Shown: positions 1-9,714 of the stretch, one piece after another
Layout of the letters: each line of letters begins with the position of its first letter
How positions within the stretch are numbered: position 1 is the stretch's first letter
Notes under the pieces: model-generated
Databases searched by the model: none
What the model saw: only the letters and a program-made list of their open reading frames with translations
What the model was told of the DNA's origin: nothing
DNA from: Rhodocyclaceae bacterium
GTDB taxonomy: Bacteria > Pseudomonadota > Gammaproteobacteria > Burkholderiales > Rhodocyclaceae
Length of the DNA stretch: 26,888 bases
Direction of reading: 5' to 3'
NCBI GenBank assembly: GCA_036273835.1
Contig: DASUGV010000407.1
Location: forward strand, 1 to 26,888
Translations under genes and position numbers: made by a program

Positions 1-140
1 GTAAAGCATTCGGCACCCCGGTCGATTACCAATGGTGAATTTACCGCTATGCTAATGATGAATATGCGAGTCATCTTGCATTGCGGCAACAGCTTCTGCA
101 CAGATAGCCAGCCATTTATGAAAAAAGGGGAATTTGCATA

Positions 141-2105
141 ATGGCCTTGATCGATCAGTTTTCTGCCTACTCCGCATGGCGCTCCGAGGTGAGCAATGCC
201 GTGCAGCACATGCGAGGCTGGCTCGCGCACAACGACATCGGCGATGCGCAATCGGATATGCGTTTGCAGCATCTGCTCGACCGCCTGAAAGAAGACAAGC
301 TGGTAGTTGCTTTCGTCGCCGAATTCTCGCGCGGCAAATCGGAACTCATCAACGCAATTTTCTTTGCCGAATATGGCAGTCGCATACTCCCTTCCAGTGC
401 CGGACGCACGACGATGTGTCCCACGGAGTTGCAATGGGAACCCGGCCAGACGCCAGGCATCCGCTTACTCCCGATCGCCACGCGCGAGCGGCGCGAAAGC
501 GTGTCGGAGTTGCGCCGCAGCCCCGAAGAATGGACTTTCGAGCCTTTCGATGTCGATAACGCGGAAAGTCTGCAAAAAGCCTTTTTGCGTGTCAGCGAAA
601 CGCGCAGCGTGCCACGTGAAGAAGCTGAACGGCTGGGGTTTGTCGTCGATGACAGCGGCATGGCAGGCGCCCGTCCCGACGCCGATGGTTTGGTGGAAAT
701 CGCCAGTTGGCGGCATGCCATCATCCAGTTTCCTCATCCGTTGCTGGAACAAGGTCTGGTCATCGTCGATACACCTGGATTGAATGCCATCGGTTCCGAA
801 CCGGAACTGACGTTGTCGCTGCTACCCAGCGCGCATGCCGTGCTATTCCTGCTCGCGGCGGATACCGGTGTCACGCAAAGCGACTTGCAGGTCTGGCAAA
901 ACCACGTGAACGCGGGTCGTCAACAACAAGGTGGCCGCGTCGTGGTGCTCAACAAGATCGACGGCCTGTGGGACGGCATCCGTTCCGAAGAGACGATCGA
1001 AGCGGAGATCACCAAACAGGTACATTCGGTTGCGGAGATGCTGGAAATTCCCAACGAGCTCGTCTTTCCCGTATCCGCTCAAAAGGCGTTGCTCGCCAAA
1101 GTTACATCGGACACGCAGCTACTCGAGCGCTCGCGCATCGGCGCGCTGGAAACGGCGTTGTCGACAGAACTGTTACCGGCTCGTCAGCGAATTCTGCGCG
1201 AGAACGCACTGTTGGAAGCAAGCGACATCATAGGTCGCGCCAGCGAATTGCTCGACGCGCGCATGAAAGGCCTGCGCGAACAATTGCAGGAAATGTCCGA
1301 TCTACGCGGCAAGAATCAAAGCGTCATCGAATACATGATGCGTAAAGTGCGCACGGAAAAAGATGAGTTCGAGCGTGGCTTGCAGAAGTACCACGCCGTG
1401 CGCAGTGTGTTCGCGAACCTGTCGAACAAATTGTTTACGCATATTGGTGTCGACGCGGTGCGCTCCGAAACACGGCGTACCCGTGCGGCGATGATCGATG
1501 CCAATTTTTCGCGTGGATTGCGCGACGCGATGACCGAATTCTTCAACAGCTTGCGCGGCAATCTGCAGAAGTCGCTCGAAGAAATCGAAGAAATTACGCA
1601 GATGCTCGATGCCATGTACAAGCGTTTTAGTGTGGAACACGGCTTGAAACTCGCCCCGCCTGCGAGCTTCTCCACCTGGCGTTATGAACGTGACATATCG
1701 CGGCTCGAACGCGCCTATAAAGAGCAGCTCACGGGCGTGGGCGCGATGTTGACGCACTGGAAGGGCACGGTCACGCAACGTTTCTTCGAAACGATTGCCA
1801 CTGAAGCACGTCGCACTTTCGAGGTCGCCAATCGCGATGTCGAACAGTGGCTACGTGCTGTCATGGCGCCGCTGGAAACGCAGGTGCGCGAATACCAATT
1901 GCAACTCAAGCGCCGTCTCGAAAGCGTCAAGCGCGTGCATGAAGCAACGGGAACGCTAGAAGAACGTATCAAGGAACTCCTGCAGGCCGAAGCAGCCCAA
2001 CAACGTCAAATGGAAGAGGTCGATGCAATGAAACGCGTGATCGAAAGCGCGCTCGGCGAGACATTGCATGTCGCAGGCAACGATGGAGAATCGCTGGCTG
2101 CGTAA
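141..2105 (+). CDS. Bacterial dynamin-like GTPase (dynamin_N family), 654 aa
   Basis: G1-like VAEFSRGKSELINA, G2 RTTMCPT, G3 DTPG, G4 NKID; long helical/coiled-coil C-terminal half; purine-rich RBS-like AAGGGG upstream. Confidence 0.85.
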   Translation: MALIDQFSAYSAWRSEVSNAVQHMRGWLAHNDIGDAQSDMRLQHLLDRLKEDKLVVAFVAEFSRGKSELINAIFFAEYGSRILPSSAGRTTMCPTELQWEPGQTPGIRLLPIATRERRESVSELRRSPEEWTFEPFDVDNAESLQKAFLRVSETRSVPREEAERLGFVVDDSGMAGARPDADGLVEIASWRHAIIQFPHPLLEQGLVIVDTPGLNAIGSEPELTLSLLPSAHAVLFLLAADTGVTQSDLQVWQNHVNAGRQQQGGRVVVLNKIDGLWDGIRSEETIEAEITKQVHSVAEMLEIPNELVFPVSAQKALLAKVTSDTQLLERSRIGALETALSTELLPARQRILRENALLEASDIIGRASELLDARMKGLREQLQEMSDLRGKNQSVIEYMMRKVRTEKDEFERGLQKYHAVRSVFANLSNKLFTHIGVDAVRSETRRTRAAMIDANFSRGLRDAMTEFFNSLRGNLQKSLEEIEEITQMLDAMYKRFSVEHGLKLAPPASFSTWRYERDISRLERAYKEQLTGVGAMLTHWKGTVTQRFFETIATEARRTFEVANRDVEQWLRAVMAPLETQVREYQLQLKRRLESVKRVHEATGTLEERIKELLQAEAAQQRQMEEVDAMKRVIESALGETLHVAGNDGESLAA

Positions 2106-2110
2106 AACGA

Positions 2111-2365
<255 letters not shown>

Positions 2366-2393
2366 CTACCTCTAACAATGAAACCAGATGGTC

Positions 2394-2891
2394 TTACGGC
2401 GCACCGATGCCGGAAACCTTCTCGCGGATATGCTCGTTCACGACCGGCTGCACGAACATGCTGACGTCGCCGCCAAGTTGCGCAATCTCACGTACGATCG
2501 TCGCCGACAAGAACATGAATTCATCGCCAGGCGTCAGGAACATGGTTTCGACGTCGGGATAAAGACGCCGATTCATGCCCGCCATCTGAAACTCGTATTC
2601 GAAATCGGAGACCGCGCGCAGGCCACGTACGATGACATGCGCGCCCTGATTGCGAATGAAATCAATCAGCAAACCTGAAAATCCGAACACCTTGACGTTG
2701 GGATAAATGCTCAACACTTCACGCGCCATATCGACGCGCTCGTCCAACGAGAAAAATGGACGTTTGCCTCGGCTATCGGCGACTCCGACGATCAGGCTAT
2801 CGAACAAGCCCGATGCACGACGCACCAAATCTTCGTGACCGAGCGTCAATGGGTCAAAGGTTCCTGGATATACGGCCAGACGTTGGCTCAT
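2394..2891 (-). CDS. coaD: Pantetheine-phosphate adenylyltransferase
   Basis: [45 protein letters not shown] motifs. Confidence 0.97.
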   Translation of the reverse strand: MSQRLAVYPGTFDPLTLGHEDLVRRASGLFDSLIVGVADSRGKRPFFSLDERVDMAREVLSIYPNVKVFGFSGLLIDFIRNQGAHVIVRGLRAVSDFEYEFQMAGMNRRLYPDVETMFLTPGDEFMFLSATIVREIAQLGGDVSMFVQPVVNEHIREKVSGIGAP

Positions 2892-3430
2892 TGGTCATCC
2901 TCAAAACACAGCAACTGATAGTGTACCTGACCCGCGCGGCCCGTCTTGATCGCGCGCAAACCGCCGAGTTGCGTAACCGGTTGTTCGGATTCGGCATAGA
3001 CGCGTCCTTGCGACGTCAATGTCTTATCCAGCAAAGGTTCTATTTGATCCAACCAACCCCTTTTGTAAGGCGGGTCCAGAAAGATAATATCGAACTGCTC
3101 GGAATTACCGTGTAAAAATTTTACCGCATCCGCTTTTATCAATCTTAGATTGTCTGCCTTTAACTTAGCCGCCGTACTTTTTAGATGTTCATAAACATAC
3201 GGTGCATTTTCGACAAGCACGACCTCTGCCGCGCCACGCGAAGCGGCTTCGAAGCCTAGTGCGCCACTGCCTGCGAATAGGTCGAGGCAACGCAAACCCG
3301 ATAGATCTTGTCCAAGCCAGTTGAACAAAATTTCCCTCACACGGTCCGGCGTCGGGCGTAAGCCAATGGCATCGGGCACATCAATCAGGCGCGAACGCCA
3401 TTGTCCGCCGACGATGCGAATACGGCTCAA
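2888..3430 (-). CDS. rsmD: 16S rRNA (guanine966-N2) methyltransferase
   Basis: [45 protein letters not shown]; 4-nt overlaps with both neighbours. Confidence 0.96.
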   Translation of the reverse strand: MSRIRIVGGQWRSRLIDVPDAIGLRPTPDRVREILFNWLGQDLSGLRCLDLFAGSGALGFEAASRGAAEVVLVENAPYVYEHLKSTAAKLKADNLRLIKADAVKFLHGNSEQFDIIFLDPPYKRGWLDQIEPLLDKTLTSQGRVYAESEQPVTQLGGLRAIKTGRAGQVHYQLLCFEDDQ

Positions 3431-4728
3431 GACTTACCGCTCCCGCCGACGACTACCGTCACTAATGACTCTTCCCGTACGTGCCGCGAGAAGGCGGATT
3501 TGACCTCATCGACCGTTACCGCACGCACACTCTCTGGATAGCGGTCGAGGTAGTCGAGCGGCAATCTATAAAAACCTATCGCCGCAACCTGTTCGAGAAT
3601 TTTGCGATTGTTATCCAGACGAAGCGCGAGTCCATTTATGATGTTGTCCTGAGCGGCACGCAATTCATCCGCCGTCGGTCCATCGCTCAAAAATTTGTGG
3701 AGCGTATCTGTCGCTACCTGCACGGCTGCATCCGCTTGGTCGGCTTTTGTCTCCAGTCCAATCTGGAACAATCCGAGCGACACCTGCGGATTGAAGTAAC
3801 TATAAACGCTGTACGATAAACCACGCGCGTCGCGCACTTCCTTCATCAACCGCGACACGAATCCACCACCACCCAGTGCGTAATTGCCGACCACCAGCGG
3901 AAAGAAATCGGGATCGCCGCGCTTGAGCGCCGGCTCGCCGATGGCGACGTGCGCCTGCGTCGCCGGATTGGCGATGTGTTCGACAACGGCTTTGGGCGCG
4001 GCCGGATCGGGCAAGAGCGCAAGCGGCTCGCCCGCTGGAAGATCGCCGGTGAGTTTCTCGGCAATGCTCTCGGCTTCCGCACGCGAAATGTCGCCCACCA
4101 GCGTTACGACAGCGTCATGCGAAACATAATAGCGCCGGTGAAAGGCAATCAGATCCTGGCGCGTGATGTGTTGCAGGTTTGCGACCGACGGGCTGCGGCC
4201 ATAAGGATGATTACCGTAGGCAAGTTGCGCGAACCGCTTGCCGAGAATGGCTTCGGGCCGCGTTTCCGCCTCTTTGAGTTCTGCGATGCTGCGGGCGCGT
4301 TCACGTTCCAGCACCGCGCTCGGAAAGCGCGGCTCAGCGATGATCGCGCGTAGCAACTCCAGCGCCGGATCGCGTTGCGCATGATCCGACAGCACACGCA
4401 GATTCAAACTGGCACGATCCATTTCCGCACCACCACCGAACTGTGCGCCGAGGTCCGCCATGCGATCGGCGATGTCGTTCTCGCTGAGCGTGCCGGCGCC
4501 TGCGTCGAGCAGTCCATGCGTGAATGAAGCGACGCCGGGTTTGCCTGCCGGATCGCGTGCCGCACCAGCGTCGAAGTCGATTTGCACATCCAGCATTGGA
4601 ATATTGTGCTCTTCTACAAAGTACACACGTGCGCCGCTCGGTGCCGTCCAATTCTGAATCTGGATCGCGGCATGAACCTCGACATACGCCATTGTCATGA
4701 CAAGGGCCAGGAACAATCGTTCGAGCAT
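3427..4728 (-). CDS. M16 (pitrilysin) family peptidase, non-catalytic subunit
   Basis: Signal peptide ending VHA; no HXXEH (equivalent region ASFTHGLLD); GGGGFVSRL glycine loop and [10 protein letters not shown] Arg/Tyr pair. Confidence 0.88.
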   Translation of the reverse strand: MLERLFLALVMTMAYVEVHAAIQIQNWTAPSGARVYFVEEHNIPMLDVQIDFDAGAARDPAGKPGVASFTHGLLDAGAGTLSENDIADRMADLGAQFGGGAEMDRASLNLRVLSDHAQRDPALELLRAIIAEPRFPSAVLERERARSIAELKEAETRPEAILGKRFAQLAYGNHPYGRSPSVANLQHITRQDLIAFHRRYYVSHDAVVTLVGDISRAEAESIAEKLTGDLPAGEPLALLPDPAAPKAVVEHIANPATQAHVAIGEPALKRGDPDFFPLVVGNYALGGGGFVSRLMKEVRDARGLSYSVYSYFNPQVSLGLFQIGLETKADQADAAVQVATDTLHKFLSDGPTADELRAAQDNIINGLALRLDNNRKILEQVAAIGFYRLPLDYLDRYPESVRAVTVDEVKSAFSRHVREESLVTVVVGGSGKS

Positions 4729-4739
4729 GGTTGGCCCTT

Positions 4740-6110
4740 TCAGTATTTGAAATCGGGCGCCGCTTTTAGCGCGTTGGGATCAATGGGCAATGGCACGAGA
4801 TTTGCCGCTGTCATACCGTCTTCCGACGTCAAGCGTTGAGCTGCATTCTTCACTTCTTCAGCCGTGACCGAGCGCAATTGATCGTAGATCTTGCTATCGT
4901 CGCGCCACGATAGACCTAACACCTCCAGCCCACCGATCGACATGGCTTGACCCATCAGCGAGTCACGCTCGAATACTTTGCTGGCCAAGAGTTGCGCCTT
5001 GACGCGCTTCAATTCGGTATCCGAAATTCCTTTGTCTGCCACTTTCTTGATTTCCGCGCGCAGATCGCCTTCGAGCTGCGTGACTGTCACGCCCTTGCTG
5101 GGCACGCCCTCGACAATGAACAAGCTCTGCCCGCCACGAGACAAAGAATCGTAGTCCGCACCCACCGAAACGGCATGCTTGTTTTCATTGACCAGCCTGC
5201 GCGTCAGCCGCGCGCCATCGTAGCCATCGAGCACTTCAGACAATACCTCCAACGCATAGGCGTCGCGCGAGGCGCTCACGTCGGTAATGACAGGGGCATG
5301 CCAGGCGAGCATCAGATAAGGCAATTCGGCGGGCGCCTTGACGGTAACGCGGCGAACGCCTGTCTGCGCCGGCTCTCCTTGGACCTTGCGCGGCGGCAAG
5401 GCACGCGGCTGAAGCTTGCCGTAGTATTCGGCGGCCAATTTGAACACCGCTTCGTGCTCCACATCGCCCACGACGACGACAATCGCGTTGTTAGGCCCGT
5501 ACCAGCGCTTATACCAATCGCGCACATCCTGAGGCGTAAAGTTTTCGATGTCCTGTGGCCAGCCGATCACCGGATTGCGGTAAGGATGGGATTGATATGC
5601 CGCTGCCATAAGCGATTCGTAGAGCTTCGAACGCGGCTGATCGTCAGTGCGCCAACGGCGCTCTTCCATCACAACCTGCATCTCCTTCTTGAACAACTCA
5701 TCGTCGACAACCAGATTGGCCATGCGATCCGATTCCAGCGCCATCATATCGGCCAATTTATCGCGCGGAACCTGCTGAAAAAAAGCAGTGTAGTCCTGCG
5801 TCGTGAAAGCATTGTCGCGTCCGCCAGCTTCGGCCACGCGCTTGTTGAATTCACCTGGCCCAATGTCCGTCGTGCCTTTGAACATCATGTGTTCCAACGC
5901 ATGCGCGATGCCCGTGGTGCCGGTCGTCTCATCCATACTGCCTACGCGATACCACACCATATGCACGAGTGTTGGCGCACGATGGTCTTCCTGCACCACA
6001 ACCTTAAGCCCGTTAGACAAAGTCGTTTCAAAGGTTGCCGCCGCTGCCGGTAAAGCACACGAGATCAATAGAGGAATGAAAAGCTTGTGCAGCAGGCTTG
6101 AGACTCGCAT
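4740..6110 (-). CDS. M16 (pitrilysin) family zinc peptidase, catalytic subunit
   Basis: Signal peptide; [24 protein letters not shown] (HXXEH), [17 protein letters not shown]. Confidence 0.92.
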   Translation of the reverse strand: MRVSSLLHKLFIPLLISCALPAAAATFETTLSNGLKVVVQEDHRAPTLVHMVWYRVGSMDETTGTTGIAHALEHMMFKGTTDIGPGEFNKRVAEAGGRDNAFTTQDYTAFFQQVPRDKLADMMALESDRMANLVVDDELFKKEMQVVMEERRWRTDDQPRSKLYESLMAAAYQSHPYRNPVIGWPQDIENFTPQDVRDWYKRWYGPNNAIVVVVGDVEHEAVFKLAAEYYGKLQPRALPPRKVQGEPAQTGVRRVTVKAPAELPYLMLAWHAPVITDVSASRDAYALEVLSEVLDGYDGARLTRRLVNENKHAVSVGADYDSLSRGGQSLFIVEGVPSKGVTVTQLEGDLRAEIKKVADKGISDTELKRVKAQLLASKVFERDSLMGQAMSIGGLEVLGLSWRDDSKIYDQLRSVTAEEVKNAAQRLTSEDGMTAANLVPLPIDPNALKAAPDFKY

Positions 6111-6270
6111 CTGTTAAACTTTCCGGTAATTTGTTTTCGGGTGCACGAGTTGTCGCCTAGACCCAATTATCACTTCGACGATTAGGCGTGCAGTGTACAG
6201 ACGCGCCGCATGATAAATCACAATCGCATGCTTGCAGCAGCACCGCACCAGCTTCCGACCCAGGATCATG

Positions 6271-7257
6271 ATGTTTAGTTTCTTTAAAAAATCCGACAGT
6301 AGTCAACCTGCCGAAAGCGATGCCGAATCGGAACAGTCCGGCAAATCGTGGCTGGATCGTCTCAAGCAGGGGCTATCCCGCACACGCGAGCAAATCGGTT
6401 CCTTGGGCAACATTTTTTCCCGGCGCAAGATCGATGAAGAACTGCTCGAAGAATTAGAGTCCACGCTACTGATGGCCGATTGCGGCGTCGAAGCAACGAC
6501 TGCGCTTATCTCCGAGCTACGCAAGCGCTGGAAACAAGACAAGCTGGAAACCGGCGAAGAGTTACAAACCGCACTGGCCAATGCATTGCGTGCTTTGCTC
6601 GAGCCGTTACAGCAACCGCTTGACGCAAGCACGCACAAGCCTTTCGTCATCATGGTTGCCGGCGTCAACGGCGCTGGCAAGACCACCTCGATCGGCAAGC
6701 TTGCACGCTATTTTCAAACGCAAGGCAAGAGCGTGCTGCTGGCCGCGGGCGATACTTTCCGCGCTGCTGCGCGCGAACAGTTGCAGGAATGGGGCACACG
6801 CAACAATGTCGTCGTCATTGCTCAGGATGGGGGCGATCCGGCTGCTGTCGTGTTCGATGCGGTAAATGCGGCACGCGCGCGCAACATTGACGTCGTGCTG
6901 GCCGATACCGCAGGCCGCCTACCGACACAACTTCACCTGATGGAAGAAATCGCCAAGGTTCGTCGTGTTATCCAGAAGGCAGATCCAAGCGGTCCGCACG
7001 AAGTGCTCCTGGTGCTGGATGCCAACATCGGCCAGAACGCGCTGGCGCAACTCAAAGCTTTTGATAATGCCATTGGCGTAACTGGGCTGGTCGTCACCAA
7101 GCTCGACGGAACCGCCAAGGGCGGTATCATCGCAGCCATTGCCCGCACCCATCCGAAGCCGCTACGCTTCATCGGCGTAGGTGAAGGCATTGACGACTTG
7201 CAACCGTTCGATGCTGCGGAATTCGTCGATGCGTTGTTTTCGAATGTGCAAGACTGA
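6271..7257 (+). CDS. ftsY: SRP receptor GTPase FtsY (short form, no long acidic domain)
   Basis: GVNGAGKTTSIGKL, DTFRAAA, DTAGR, TKLDGTAKGG; start moved from TTG 6232 to ATG 6271 (MFSFFKK) behind AGGA at 6262-6265. Confidence 0.96.
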   Translation: MFSFFKKSDSSQPAESDAESEQSGKSWLDRLKQGLSRTREQIGSLGNIFSRRKIDEELLEELESTLLMADCGVEATTALISELRKRWKQDKLETGEELQTALANALRALLEPLQQPLDASTHKPFVIMVAGVNGAGKTTSIGKLARYFQTQGKSVLLAAGDTFRAAAREQLQEWGTRNNVVVIAQDGGDPAAVVFDAVNAARARNIDVVLADTAGRLPTQLHLMEEIAKVRRVIQKADPSGPHEVLLVLDANIGQNALAQLKAFDNAIGVTGLVVTKLDGTAKGGIIAAIARTHPKPLRFIGVGEGIDDLQPFDAAEFVDALFSNVQD

Positions 7258-7271
7258 ACGGTGTCTATAAC

Positions 7272-7925
7272 ATGATCCAGTTCGACCACGTCAGCAAACA
7301 CTATCCTAGCGGACACGAGGCGCTGTCGGATCTGAGCCTGGAAATTCGGCACGGCGAGTTGCTCGTGCTGGCGGGCCATTCGGGAGCGGGTAAAAGCACG
7401 CTACTCAAACTCATTGCCGCATTGGAAGCACCCAGTTCAGGGCGCGTACTGGTCAATGGACTCGATGTGGGCCGCATGCGGCGCTCGCAGGTGCCCTACC
7501 TGCGGCGCAGCTTGGGGCTCGTCATGCAAGAACACCGCTTGTTGATGGACCGCACAGTATTTGACAATGTCATGTTGCCGCTCGTGGTATCGGGCGAATT
7601 GCCGCGCGACGCAAAAAAACGGGTACATGTGGCACTCGAACGAGTAGGGCTGACACCGTTCGAACGCGTCATGCCCGTCACGCTTTCGGGCGGCGAGCAA
7701 CAACGCGTGGCGATAGCGCGCGCCATCGTTAATCGACCTTCCATCCTGATCGCGGATGAACCCACCGCGCATCTCGATCCGGCTTATGCGCGCGAGATCG
7801 CAGCGCTATTCCGTAGCTTTCACGCTGCGGGCGTCACGCTGATCCTCGCCACACATGACGACACGCTTTATTCCCCCTATGGCGCACGCCGCATCGAGCT
7901 CTCCAAGGGAAGGCTGCTGACATGA
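7272..7925 (+). CDS. ftsE: Cell division ABC ATPase FtsE
   Basis: Walker A GHSGAGKST, signature LSGGEQQRV, Walker B IADEPT; lies between ftsY and ftsX. Confidence 0.9.
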   Translation: MIQFDHVSKHYPSGHEALSDLSLEIRHGELLVLAGHSGAGKSTLLKLIAALEAPSSGRVLVNGLDVGRMRRSQVPYLRRSLGLVMQEHRLLMDRTVFDNVMLPLVVSGELPRDAKKRVHVALERVGLTPFERVMPVTLSGGEQQRVAIARAIVNRPSILIADEPTAHLDPAYAREIAALFRSFHAAGVTLILATHDDTLYSPYGARRIELSKGRLLT

Positions 7926-8824
7926 GTTTTTATTCGCATCGCATAGCGCTACAACGAGCTTTGCTACGTCTCGGTTCTAAGCCCTTGAGCTCGGTGTTGT
8001 CGGCGCTGGTGATCGCCATCGCGCTGACCTTACCGGCACTGGGCTACGTGCTGATGGACAATCTGGCGGGGCTGGCGCGTGGCATATCGGGCAAACCCGA
8101 GCTGAGTGTTTTTCTGAAGAACGAGATCACGCGCGACCAAGCCAAGATCGTCGAAGCGCGACTGCTTGCCGACACCCGCATTACCGCGCTGCGCTTCATT
8201 CCGCGCGAAGAAGCATTGAAGCAACTATCGGCACACGGCGGTTTTGCGGACGTTGTCGTCGCACTGCAAGACAATCCTTTGCCGGACGCGTTTGTATTGG
8301 AGCCCAAAGAAGCAAGCCCCGCGACATTTGAAGCTTTACGGACAATGCTAACGGCATTACCCGAAGTGGCATATGTGCAACTCGATTCGGAATGGGTGGA
8401 ACGCATCCATGCGCTAGTAGAACTTGGGCGCCGCGCAGCGCTGCTGTTGGCTGGCTTGCTGGGCACCGCTTTAGTGATCGTTACGTTCAATACCATCCGC
8501 TTGCAAATTCTTACCCAGCGACACGAGATATCGGTCAGCCTGTTGTTGGGCGCGACCCGTCAATTCGTACGACGGCCCTTTCTGTACTTCGGCCTGTTGC
8601 AAGGCCTGCTCGGCGGCATATTTGCCTGGGGTCTGGTTGGTGCCCTCCTGCTGGCAATCGCCCCCCGTGCGCAGGCGCTGGCGCGCAGCTACAGCATCGT
8701 GCTCGACATCGCGATGCCAAGCGTGGTGGAGATTGCGGTGTTGCTTGCTTTTGCCGCGGCACTTGGCTGGCTCGGTGCGGCATTTTCGGTACGGCATCAT
8801 CTGCACGACGGTCCCGTCGATTGA
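7922..8824 (+). CDS. ftsX: Cell division permease FtsX
   Basis: 4-TM pattern with large extracytoplasmic loop, NPLPDAF, NTIRLQI, LLGATRQFVRRPFLY; ATGA overlap with ftsE. Confidence 0.92.
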   Translation: MSFYSHRIALQRALLRLGSKPLSSVLSALVIAIALTLPALGYVLMDNLAGLARGISGKPELSVFLKNEITRDQAKIVEARLLADTRITALRFIPREEALKQLSAHGGFADVVVALQDNPLPDAFVLEPKEASPATFEALRTMLTALPEVAYVQLDSEWVERIHALVELGRRAALLLAGLLGTALVIVTFNTIRLQILTQRHEISVSLLLGATRQFVRRPFLYFGLLQGLLGGIFAWGLVGALLLAIAPRAQALARSYSIVLDIAMPSVVEIAVLLAFAAALGWLGAAFSVRHHLHDGPVD

Positions 8825-8897
8825 ATAGAATCCAAATATGCTTGATCGCATCGCAAACAGTTCATCTAATATTCAATTGACATAATTCATACAGCGG

Positions 8898-9539
8898 CTA
8901 TGGCGATAGACGCCGCGTTGCCCAGCCACCGTTTTGACGAAAATATTCGATGCGATCATGCAGGCGGCTGCGTCGTCCTTGCCAGAATTCGAATGTGCGC
9001 GGCTCTACGCGCAAGCCTCCCCAGTGCGGCGGACGTGGCACGTTTTCGCCGAAACGCGCCGACAATTCCGCGAAGCGCACCTCCAACGCATCTCTCTTCG
9101 CAATGATTTCACTTTGCGCCGAAACCCACGCGCCAATCCGGCTCGCGACAGGACGCGACGCGAAATAAGCATCGGATTCCGCTTCGCTGACCCGCGACAC
9201 GTTACCTTCAATACGCACTTGGCGCTCCAGTTCCGCCCAGTAAAACAGCAACGCAGCGCGCGGATTGCATTCGAGTTCACGCCCCTTACGACTTTGGTAG
9301 TTGGTGTAGAAAACGAAGCCGCGCTCATCAAATCCGCGTAACAGCATCACCCGTGCAGTGGGCGCACCATCTGATGACGCACTGGCAACCGTCATGGCGT
9401 AAGGTTCATGCAACTGCGCCTTGAGAGCCTGGTCAAACCATTGACGGAATTGCTCCACTGGATCAGCCGCTACATCGGCGGCGTCCAAAGAGTAAAGCGT
9501 GTATTCGAGACGCAAACTGGTCAGGTCTATTGAGGGCAT
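8898..9539 (-). CDS. pdxH: Pyridoxamine 5'-phosphate oxidase
   Basis: [49 protein letters not shown]. Confidence 0.97.
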   Translation of the reverse strand: MPSIDLTSLRLEYTLYSLDAADVAADPVEQFRQWFDQALKAQLHEPYAMTVASASSDGAPTARVMLLRGFDERGFVFYTNYQSRKGRELECNPRAALLFYWAELERQVRIEGNVSRVSEAESDAYFASRPVASRIGAWVSAQSEIIAKRDALEVRFAELSARFGENVPRPPHWGGLRVEPRTFEFWQGRRSRLHDRIEYFRQNGGWATRRLSP

Positions 9540-9607
9540 GGTAAAGAGCTTTCGATGCTTTTAATTTCAAATAATTAGGTTGAAATGTTGTTTTGCAACA
9601 TTTTTGC

Positions 9608-9637
9608 GGAACTCCTTCGGCCCGTTAGCACTCTCAA
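9608..9637 (+). promoter_or_regulatory. Possible sigmaE/AlgU-type promoter of rpoH
   Basis: GGAACTC at 9608-9614, 17-nt spacer, TCTCAA at 9632-9637; resembles GAACTT-N16/17-TCTGA/TCNAA with mismatches; rpoH is sigmaE-driven in E. coli and Pseudomonas. Confidence 0.35.
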
Positions 9638-9651
9638 GTCAAGAGTGCTAA
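9625..9651. promoter_or_regulatory. CIRCE element (HrcA operator) upstream of rpoH
   Basis: Exact consensus TTAGCACTC-N9(TCAAGTCAA)-GAGTGCTAA, 63 nt before the rpoH ATG. Confidence 0.95.
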
Positions 9652-9714
9652 AATTGCGTTCAATTGCCGTAGCAAAGGCAAATGATATTCCTTGGTGTTT
9701 GCTGGAGGGATGAT

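Noticed and set aside
1-74. Open minus-strand frame MTRIFIISIAV... running off the window edge
   Set aside because: Only about 24 codons visible, with no recognisable motif or RBS
4947-6053. 368-aa plus-strand ORF
   Set aside because: Antisense shadow of the M16 peptidase gene; no recognisable motifs; expected from GC-biased codon usage
6111-6270. Possible SRP (4.5S) RNA or structured leader next to ftsY
   Set aside because: The SRP helix-8 motif is absent; only short alternative 6-bp pairings
8852-8897. TTGACA at 8877-8882 and an FNR-like TTGAT half-site in the ftsX-pdxH gap
   Set aside because: No -10 hexamer at proper spacing, no ATCAA half-site, and the gap is between convergent genes
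9565-9600. TTGAAA as a sigma32 -35 element on either strand
   Set aside because: No CCCCAT-like -10 at 13-17 nt spacing
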